A stretch of 61,801 nt of DNA, the filler included, from Choristocarpus tenellus KU-1152 (lineage: Eukaryota; Protista; Phaeophyceae), in assembly GCA_964200185.2 (NCBI GenBank). It is 8 parts of 8 records of this genome, joined end to end, with 100 filler letters (N's around TTAATTAATTAA, not from the genome) between each part and the next. Parts side by side here need not be neighbours in the genome. Positions count along the whole stretch, not along the records: positions 51,682 to 56,335 come from CAXNAD020013617.1; positions 56,436 to 61,801 come from CAXNAD020011022.1; 6 more parts are not named here. The stretch is one strand, 5' to 3'. The position numbers were made by a program, and so were the translations under genes. Positions within the stretch are counted from its first letter, which is position 1, and every line of letters starts with the position of its first letter. This document shows, in pieces, positions 52,358-61,801 of the stretch. The notes under the pieces were generated by a model. The model did not search any database. It saw only the letters and a program-made list of their open reading frames with translations, and was not told the DNA's origin.

Positions 52358-54104
52358 CTCCCTCTGTTCGGAATTAAATGTAATATAACTTTTGGAAGTT
52401 CTGTTCTTGCCCAGCAACGACTCACAAGATAAACCCTCTTGATGAGGATTATTCTCATGTAGATAGGGAGGTGTGCAAAGCTTGAGATGGTGGGCTGTCA
52501 TGACTGTGGAGGATCACCAGTGCAAAGTCGACCAAGTCGCATTTGACAGGGTTCAAAAGTCTCACGAAATTGTCAAAGCAGGTGTTTATTGGGATGGATG
52601 TCTAGGACAAAGGACCCCGTCATATGAGTCGCTAGCTCATCCTGTCGTTGCCTGTTGGTCCCAATTCTTCCGGTCAGAAGTCTGTCCAGGGTCCAGACTC
52701 AAACACCCCGACGAAGAATAATGTGGTGGCATGATGCATGGAGGCGAGAGGGTATGAGACACAGATGTGTTGGGCGACGGCGGCGGTCATTGCGGAGGAC
52801 TTCGACATTTCCCGAATCATGTTATTCCGTCATCTGGAGGAGTATGGCAGCCAGATCGCACGGGGTGAGTGCATGGACCTTGTACAGTATTGAAAGGCGC
52901 GATGTGACCGCCGTACAAGTATCCTCGGCGTTTGGGATGTCCCATCGGTACACCGTGCATCCTTCCGCAAATGGGCGACCAAAGCTGGGGTCTCCCTTGC
53001 CTTGTTGTGGGATCTGTGCAAGCGTGAGGAGGTGAACAAGGTCAAGCAACGGATTAAGCCAGTCCTCTCAGACCAGCAGAAAATCAACAGGGTGGGTTTC
53101 ATTGTCAGCCACACGCACATGAGGGGGGGAAGTGGGGTATTAGTGGACGATCTATATGACTAGGTGCATGCGGATGAGAAGTGATTTTACATCCTCAAAG
53201 ATGGGCAAGGTGTGTACTTGCACCCCACTGCGGACCCCTTCAACCCCCCACGAGCATAGAATAAGCGTTACGTTACGAAAGTGATGTTGCTTGCAGCTGT
53301 GGCCCACCCTAGGAAGCTCTCCAACAGGGTGTGGTTTGATGGGAAAATCGGGACCTGACCAAGCTTGGACACTAAAGTCGCTCAACACTCCTGCAACACT
53401 ACCCCGAGGGCACAGAGGTGCTTGTGCCAGCCACAGTGGACAGGGAGAGGTATAAGATGCTCATAATTAAGGATGCCATCCTGGCAATCAAGACCCGTAT
53501 GCCTAGGCTGGAAGGACACACCATCTTCGTGCAGTAGGACGAGGCAAAGCTGCACACCAAAGGGGGGACCATGGAGCCAACTGAGAAGGCGGCAGGGGAC
53601 AACATTATCATAGAGACCTAGCCAGCCAACTCATCTGTCCTCAACACCATCGACCTAGGATTCTTTCATTCCATCCACAGCAACTGAAGGAAGATGAGAG
53701 GGTGACCAACACAGAGGAACTGGTGGAGGCCACAATGAAGGCGTTCGATATGTACCCCTGGGAGACACTAGAGTGTGTCTGCCAGAGCCTCTTCACAGTT
53801 TACGGTGAAGTGCTGGGGTCCAAGGGCGATAACGTCTTCAAAATTCCCCATCTTAGAAAGGAAAAGGCTGAGAAGGTGGGCAAGCTGTCCCCAAATGGTC
53901 TGGTGGACGCAACGAAATACTGTGCTGGAATGGAGTTTTTGAAGGCCTTGGGAACGGAATCATAGATAGGTGTAGGCTGCCTCATTTTGCTCTAGATTTT
54001 TTTGGGCAATCTTTTCTCATACTGAGGTCGAACCCTGGATTGTAGGTCACCAAGAGTGGCAACAATACACTATTAGTTGATTAATATATAGGGTTTGAGG
54101 GGAG
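52358..54104 (+). mobile_element. Plant/oomycete-type mariner (Stowaway-partner clade) with pseudogenised transposase ~52860-53965
   Basis: Left end TA|CTCCCTCTGTTC is a Stowaway-type TIR. Motifs VHADEK*FY, KVMLLAAVAHPR, FDGKIG, IFVQ*DEAKLH, *PANSSVLNTIDLGFFHSI and GDNVFKIPH, with several stops and frameshifts. Right TIR is degenerate (GAGGGGAG ~54097-54104). Confidence 0.9.
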
Positions 54105-54400
54105 GAAGTCTCCCCACCCTTTCTTTCTTCCTCTGTGTTCACGCACCCACTCATTGACCTCGGCAAGGATGTCCTCGTCGAGGCCCATAACGAAACACCT
54201 CTCATCGCGCCCTTGCTCCGACATCTTGATGTGGCCCTTAGTTAGGAAGTCTCTCTCCCATTTACTCACAGTTTCCGACCTGATCATTGCATATCCTGCC
54301 GCCATCTCGAGCGCCGTTTGGCAGTCTTTCCCCGTCATTTATACACAGGTACAGGATTTGCAGTGTTAGAGCCTTTACTATCACATTTCCTCATTGAGCG
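54105..54400 (-). pseudogene. Sagan-like Tc1/mariner transposase, N-terminal/middle fragment
   Basis: TVSKWERDFLTKGHIKMSEQGRDER..LDEDILAEVNEWVREHRGRKKG resembles the W..F...G....S.QG....L.DE....W.R segment of this transposase group. Recognised from memory only. Confidence 0.55.
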
Positions 54401-54961
54401 TCAGAAATTGGTTACCTTCTTTCGGGATTCAGAGCCCTTGTAGCCCAACCCTAACACCTTCTTTCTCGTTTCCTAAGCCACTCTGACTCACATAGCTTCC
54501 AAACAGCTCGGGCCTGCTGCAACAGTCAACTACTAAGATATTCTACACTCGGGTTTCCGCCTAGGCGTTTCCTGAGTGCAATGGCACGTAGTCGCACTGC
54601 TCTCCTCCCCAACCTTCCCTTCACCCGGCCACTCTGGTTCTCCCTTCGACTGCCGTGACCAGGCTTCCCCACAGACTTCATCACTGTACCACACCTGGTG
54701 ATGGACTAGCTGTTCTGTTCCTGCTTTCCCGAGGCGGCAGAGACTACAGAGCAGTGCTCCGATGTGATTGAAGATCCAACCGCGTTTGTGTGGTAATGCT
54801 TTCAATGCATCTTCTCTCAGCGTCAGTGTCGCGACCGCGTGGTCCATCTCGCGATTCGATCATACTGCTGCGCCACACTACTCGTACTTTCTCTGTGCAA
54901 TATAGGCTGGTAGTCTATATGGTTTATAGGTGTTTAGTGACCACTATTAGACAACAGGAAT

Positions 54962-55230
54962 CATTGAAAGTATCTTAGAGGGTACGAGTTTAGCCCTGTT
55001 TGTCCGTTTTGGGGCTTGGCTTCCCACAGGTTTTTTATGACTTTTTCCTATTCCGAAGGTTTCAGAGATGGTAAAATGTGTACGTTTTTGGAGTAGGTAT
55101 CTCTTGTATGTCCGAAACAAGGATGTTGACGCATCCTAACGAATATGAAGCCCAAAATTACATCAAAATCGCACCATTGGATTTTGGCCCCCAAATGGAC
55201 ATGGCTCTACCCTATAAGATACTTTGACTC
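54962..55230 (-). mobile_element. MITE family A, copy 5 (reverse orientation)
   Basis: TGAAAGTATCTTAGAGGGTACGAG...CTACCCTATAAGATACTTTGACTC, flanks AAT/AAT. Confidence 0.8.
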
Positions 55231-57493
55231 AATGTTGACTAAGTGGAACAAGTGACATAGACTTGTTTTCGAGTGCTTAGAGTAATAACTTCGAATCTCA
55301 GATGATTGATTTCTTTTTACTTGATATAAATGGACTGATGGAGGATTACTGACATAGTACTAGCTACACAAGATAAGTGACATAGTACGACCAACGGCGG
55401 GACACATTTTGATGTGTCAGCTGATGTGCCAGCTGACGTGTGCAATAAGATAATAAGATAGAGCACCCCCCACCTCAAGGGATAGTGCTCACTCCGCTAA
55501 TAAACGCATCCATACCAGCATAATGAAAAGACTCTATTGGAATACCTTTCTTTTGCATAGTCTCGTCACCTAACATCGCACTGAGTTTCACACGGTACTT
55601 GTTTTTCCGGCACCTCTCGACAGAGTAGATCCAGAGGGCAGAGTGGTCTCGGTGGCTCTCCTTGTCTCGCTGTCGTGGTTCATGTTATTGTGTAAGTCAC
55701 GCGTGTGTGTACTCACAAAAAGTCTAAAAGTCGTTAAAAAGAGGAAAATCTTAGTTTTTTTCTGCTTTCTTTTCGGTGAGGGCGCACCAGCGACGTACCC
55801 CAGATCAGCCAATCACTTCTAGAAGGAGTTCAGCCAATCACTTCATTTTTCAAGTTTTGAAGTCGTGACTTTCAAAATTGCGCCGCAGATATTCCCCCAC
55901 GTTTTTTCCATTATTTTATCGGGACATCGTTCCCGTTCACCGAAATTTCCACATTCCTCCATACAAACCTTCATAAGGTCTTGTCATGCATAAGCTTTTA
56001 TTTGATATCTGTTGCAGCACTCTGGTGAAAAAAAGCAGAACTGCCACAGAGGGCGAAGCTACTAGTACCGCCTTACATTCCGGACATACATGTTATCCCG
56101 GACACGGTTGGAGGAATTAATGTTAGATGAAACACCACTTCCACTAGCCCCACTGTGCCGCAATATAGGCCAAACAGAGTCGGATGTCTCCACACTCAAG
56201 GTTTAGCTTGCATATGATCTATCAGTGGATAAAGTAGGTGACATTACCGAAGTACAAAATGATACCGAACTATTCACTAGCGCTGTTAACGTTTTCCCAG
56301 TAAACAGCCGATCACCAAAATTGAGGATGGAGCATNNNNNNNNNNNNNNNNNNNNNNNNNNNNNNNNNNNNNNNNNNNNTTAATTAATTAANNNNNNNNN
56401 NNNNNNNNNNNNNNNNNNNNNNNNNNNNNNNNNNNGTCGAGGTTGGACTTCAAATGGTAATTTTTTTTAGAGAGGCAGATAGGAAAATGACAAGATATTT
56501 GCAGTCAAGATAAGATTATACAACCTATAATCATACCTTTTGTGTGTAATTCTTACAAAACGGAAACTGGATCATGGTTATGGGGATTTTTCTTTTGACC
56601 ATTAGATGAAAACAACATTTCAATATCCTCCAATCTCACTTAAACTCCTAGTACTAGGCGTTGGTGTTGGTCAATGCTTGTGCTCTACTACCTACTGTGT
56701 ATTGGCAATGCGATCTCTACATTGGGAGAAGATATTGCTCTTCAAGAATAGACCATTGCAAATAGAGCTACTTCCCGTTACGCTGTCCCAAGGAAGTGCT
56801 GAAGCGACATTCATCACTGTAGTTATGTGGGCGGGCTATCCCGTAATTCATGTGACCAAAGCATCAAATTTTTTCTTTCGTAAGCTATCAAGGTGTGGAT
56901 GACATGTAGTTTGCTCCCCTGATTAGTTGGTTCCTACCCAGGTATGAAACATTTCATACACTGCAGTATTCAACGAGCCTTCGAGTGCAAAGTGAAGGTC
57001 ACAGCTTCTACACTACAGTGGCATGCAAGGTCAATACTCTACATTACCGTGCACGGAATAGTGTGTGGTGGGACACGTGGATCGAACAGCGTAAAGCATG
57101 AAACAAAATGGAAATAAAGTGCTCTCTGAATGATGTAGACAAACCTGAGAGAGTTCAGCCCACTAAAAGTGAATGAAGTAGGTCCTGCTCCTGCAACCTC
57201 TACAATTTTTCGCCACTAGAGCTTAGCAAGCAATTGCGACAAGTATCTCACGGAAGCAATGCAATGGCAGCACTTGTACATCCAACCGTAACGAAAATTG
57301 TAGCAGGCCATACCCTGAATATGGAAAATGCAAAATATATGTTGCATACGGACCAAAAAGGGCTCTGGAAATTACCCCTACTCCCCAGTACCGCAAAGAG
57401 AGAAATACTGACCAATCTCATTATTTCACAATGATATACGAAGCAATCGCTTCGCCTGCTTGGCTGCCTGAAATGTGCAATTCAAAGGCTTAC

Positions 57494-58033
57494 CTCACTC
57501 ATTGGTCCATAAAGCAGCGCTCGAAAATAGTCAGAGCACCAGGCAAACATTACCCGGTGGCAACGGAACTCCCGTGCATCCCCTCCAATACTCCACTTAC
57601 ACCCACGCCCGCTGGACTGACCCCTGCCACCATAACTTTCGCTTCTTCGTTCCTGGTCATTTTCATGGTCAACTATGACGGAGTCGGCACTAGCGACCTC
57701 CTCCGACCTTACCATCTTGCCGTCATTCCCGGCCACAGCGTCACTGTCCAATTCTAAAGTATCTCCTCCAACAATGAAGGTCACATCAGAGGTGTCAGAG
57801 TCAACCAAACGCAACAATCTCTCTTGTAGAATGGATGAATGGTTCACTTCCTCCATCTTCGATCTACACGATGCCTTCGAGGTCTTTTTGTTGTCCCTCG
57901 TTTCGCTCTCCCTTGGTGAACTCTCCCATGTTGAACTCTCCCATGCTGGACAATCAATGGTCTGCCTAAGCTGCCACATTCCCCTCGCCTTAAGCCACCT
58001 TTCGAAGTTGATAAGAACGGCGGACTTTGTCAT
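57494..58033 (-). CDS. BTB/POZ-domain protein, first exon
   Basis: SDVTFIVGG...REFRCHRVMFAWCSDYFRALLYGPMSE, followed by a GTAAG donor at 57493. Confidence 0.88.
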
Positions 58034-58355
58034 GTCAAACCTTACGCATAGGTCTTCCTTCGCACTGTCCAGATATGATTCTCAAGTCACATGAACAATG
58101 CGATATAGATATTATGTAACAGATACCAACAATTAACATGACAACTGACTAGTTGATACTTGATACGTAAGTGAAGAACGCCTCCAGTAGATTCTAGATT
58201 GAGGATTGGGGATGTGGCAGAGTGACGTGGGTCTACGTCATTGTTGATTGTGTTCCATTGTATTTTGTTATTCTATATATGTAGATTGCCTGTTTGTGGA
58301 GGTAGTGTTGCAGAGTAGGACACGTGACGACAGGGGGAGGTGATTGTGTGAAGCT
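58034..58355. promoter_or_regulatory. Probable bidirectional promoter
   Basis: ~320 bp between divergent ATGs, containing CACGTG (58321), TGACGTGG (~58223) and ATTGG/CCAAT motifs. Confidence 0.55.
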
Positions 58356-61300
58356 ATGGTTGGGAGGGGTATAAGGCGAACGCCCGTGGCAATTTTGTTG
58401 CTGGCATCTCTTGCAACAGGTTTTGTGTCTGCCCCCCGTGATGCTGGGTACCATCGAGTACGTGGTAGGGTAAGGACTACAAGGGATGGGCGTTTGAAGG
58501 GGGTGGAAGGAGGAATTGCTTCTACTGTTGAAATAGTCAAGTCAGTGAGGGACGATCGGTCGTATAGGCATCTTATCCTTCCAAACGATCTGGAAGTAGT
58601 CCTCATATCCGACTCAAAGACGGAAACGGCGGCTGGTTCGATGTTCATCAAGGCGGGGCACATGCAGGACCCGTTGGAATTTCCTGGGATGGCACACTTC
58701 CATGAACACAGTAAGTCAAGCGTGGATAGGTGAAGATCCTTGAGAAGAATGGCTTGGTTTCCTCAAGTCTTGGCAGGATGCAGACGTTTGGTTGCTACCG
58801 TTATTAGTTATTTTCTACGTGGTTGGAGGTATATTTTACAAGGTACAGGTTGAAAGGGTAGGTGAAGCTATTCCATTTTTTCCCTCCGCCGCGAATGCAG
58901 GGAAATTATTTCATCCCCTGGAAGAAAAAATCGTTTAGGAATCGTTTTTTAACTCTTGTGATGCCTATGCTCTGTGTCTGCAGTGTTGTTTTTGGGTACC
59001 GAAAAGCACCCGGAGGAAGGCAGCTTTGAGAGCTTTCTAACAAGCCATGGCGGATGGTCAAATGCGGTGAGAGGGCTCCCTTTGATAGGATATATTAAAA
59101 TAAAATGGACTATTCTTGTGGGTGGGTCAATTTCATCACGTTCTTCTTCGGGTGGGAAAACCCTTTTGTCCTTATTGGCTAGATCACGTGTGCTGTCCTT
59201 GAGTTGACTGCTGTTCCCCACGAGTTCTAGATGGGCTCGAGGCAAGGAAACCTTTGAAAGACAATGCTACCGAATCTTGGTGTGTTGCCTTCTGTGTGAA
59301 TTGCGTTCACCACAAGTCTTGATTTTGTTGGTGAGAAGGGAATTTTTGGCAGTGGGCGCTACGCACTCTAGTGTGTCCACCGTAAGCTTTGCGTGTGCTG
59401 ATGGCGTTGAAATATTTCGGCTCGATAGTACTAAATCTTGACCGCCACTATGGACTCTCAATTTCCGGATCTGACTTCTTTTGACTTGGGTCGCATCTCT
59501 GCAAGATTTAGTCTAACTCGCAAGAAATGAACTGTTGTGCATTCTATACAAGCACTACTCCCCTTTTTCATTTTTCCCGACTAGGATGGGCATCTCACTT
59601 GGTCCTTTTTTCCAGGAATACACTCTGGCGTACAAAATGAGCTTGAATTTCTATCAGGCTGCACACACATCAACCCTGCTCTGTTACAACCCTCCCTTTC
59701 AATTTCTGCTGGTTTCAAATGGTACCTGTGCAGTATACGTCACTGGAATCCACTAATTACTACTTTAGCGTTGAGGCATCGCACCTGGAGGAGGCCTCAG
59801 ATAGATTTTCTCAGTTCTTTCAAACTCCGCTTTTTTCGTCATCTGCGCTGGGGAGGGAGATGCAGGCTGTGGACTCGGAGCACAAAAATAATGTCAATAG
59901 TGACCAGTGGCGCATTTTTCAGGTTAAGAGCTGGTGTTTAGAGTTTGTAGGTGCATTGCGTGTTTTGACATCTGTTGCACCGCTGTAGTTACTGGTATGT
60001 CATGTCATGATATGTCTAAACACCTGCCTTCCAGCAAATGATCCCCCTCCCCCCCCTCCACCATCTAGAAACTTGCTGTTGTCCTATCTGTTGTCCTTGT
60101 TTTGTGTGGTGCTGTGCCCATCCCTACATATAAAATATTAGTTTGAGTCATTCTCCTTGAAGGACTCATGCCAGTGCTGATGGTCCCCACCGCATGGTTT
60201 TTTGGAGAAGGCAATGTTCGCATGTAGCGTTGCAAGTGTTTTGGCTGTACTTGCACAGTGCCTGCTTTATTCATGAGGAAATGAGAAGTTCATCATTGCT
60301 GTTTGTATTGGCCGAGTCCATCATTGTTGGTAGACTCCTATGGTTGGGCTAAGTGACAGCAGTCTCAAAGGTGTACAGGCCCCTCTAGGCTGGAAAAAGC
60401 ACAGCAGATTACTCACTTCCATGGCTCCTTTGAAACATGTGGTTTAATTTGTTCAGCTTTGAAGGTTATTTGTGCAAGCGTTCTGTAAGAGTTAGTTGAA
60501 TGGTGTGTTTTCAAATTTGGAGTAACAATACAGTTCAATGTTCACCTTTTCCTGTCTTGGCAGTGTATGTACGTATGCCTTATTTTGTTTGAGGAAGTCT
60601 TGATGGTATGTGTATCTATACCTCATTTTGTTTGAAGGAGTCTTGGCAGTATGTGTATGTATGTCTTATTTTGTTTTGAAGATGTTTGTGTATGCCATTC
60701 AACTACTCTATGAGGAGGTTAAGGATTATCTGGTTTTTTTTAGTGTATCAGCTTCCACCTTCTGTGGTGATACGGACCCAGCACATTTATCATTTCACTC
60801 CCATGTGCTTAATAAAATAGGTGTTGTCAGTGACTCATAGATCATGATGTGTCCAATCCTTTCCTTTTTGCTGCAAGATCCCCTCCCCCCGCCTCGCCTC
60901 CCCTCACCTGCTATACCTGGGCTTCAAATATTGAGTCAAAGTAACTGAGAGAGAGGGGTGTATTTTGGTCGTTTTTTTGTTTGTTTTTAGTGTCTAGGGG
61001 TTGTTGAACTTTGTTTAAGAGATAAAAAAATTCAAATTAAAAAATGAGTGTCCGTAGGGATAACTTGCTTCAGCAAACTGACTGCGCTCATGAACCAGTA
61101 GTAGTCCAAATGCACTTCTCAGTTGTGGACTGTGTGATTGTTACAAAATTATGTGAATGCCAGAAATTCATAGAGGCCTTTGAAATTCAACATCACTACA
61201 CTCTCTGTTCGTTTGACTCTCGATCATTTATCGCCTCCTTCCCCACTGGTACTCCCAAGACCCTATCATAAAGGGGCATGCTTTCGCAACATCTCTTCCC

Positions 61301-61560
61301 AGACCCCAGCCGCATATATGCACTTGAAGATGCTTACCATCCCGTTCCTGATTTGCTTCCTGCATCTTTTCCCCCTCCTGATGCCACAAATCTCATCCCC
61401 CGGGTACACTCCTATTGCTCAACTGGCAACTGCGCCCGTACCCGATCAGGTCCTCAAGGCTACGGCCAATCAGCATCATTCTTTTTCGAAATTTGGATCT
61501 GGAAATTTTGAGACCCTGAGCTCTAGGCCAGAGGAAGGAGCTGACACTCGAGAAGCCCTG
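58356..61560 (+). CDS. IDE: Insulysin/pitrilysin-like M16A metallopeptidase with signal peptide (first four exons)
   Basis: Exons 58356-58710 (DDRSYRHLILPNDLEVVLISD..DPLEFPGMAHFHEH, HxxEH motif), 58984-59066 (MLFLGTEKHP..HGGWSNA), 59734-59922 (YTSLESTNYYF..REMQAVDSEHKNN) and 61450-61560 (FSKFGSGNFETL), all in phase. Confidence 0.93.
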
Positions 61561-61801
61561 GTATGACACATCTCTTCTGTCTCTTTTCTTTTTGTAGATG
61601 ATCTCTCTTGTCCTTTGAAAAATGTTGGCCTTGGTTCTTGTACTTCGAGGGTGTTTGCGTTGAAGTTGTTTGACTGCACACAGTGCACTGAGAGAATTGC
61701 TTCCTCCTGTTCTTGGTGTGGATTTGTGGGGTCGATCTTGAGAAGTGAGGGGGGGGGGTGGGGGTTGGGCCAAATGGCTTTGGGAGCCGCATCCTTGGCT
61801 T

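Noticed and set aside
1-61801. Functional gene cluster across the window
   Set aside because: The genes lie on different contigs joined artificially and share no pathway.
1-61801. Most short ORFs in the supplied track, and any tRNA or rRNA genes
   Set aside because: The ORFs are intronic, antisense or repeat-derived without motifs, and I recognised no structural RNA gene.

Overview
Eukaryotic genomic DNA, not prokaryotic. The window is 8 separate contigs joined by artificial 100-nt spacers (N44-TTAATTAATTAA-N44), so adjacency across spacers is not meaningful. Intron-rich GT-AG genes, TTAGGG repeats, stramenopile-type protein sequences, a bipartite plastid-targeting-like presequence and a brown-algal-type RTE LINE point to an ochrophyte, probably a brown alga or close relative (inference). 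Genes reconstructed by hand, mostly partial: prolyl 4-hydroxylase-like 2OG-Fe(II) oxygenase, pyruvate kinase (10 exons found), PI 4-kinase C-terminus, CAMK-group kinase, SulP/SLC26 STAS+cNMP C-terminus, an unidentified multi-exon gene, a divergent aldo-keto reductase, a BTB/POZ protein, and an insulysin-like M16A peptidase. Introns and intergenic DNA hold three MITE families (one nested in another), a related longer repeat family, two kinds of Tc1/mariner transposase remnant, an RTE LINE remnant and several minisatellites. The most unusual signal is a large excess of short (TTAGGG)2 tracts. In one MITE copy they replace the matching part of both terminal inverted repeats symmetrically, which suggests telomere-repeat insertion at internal sites.
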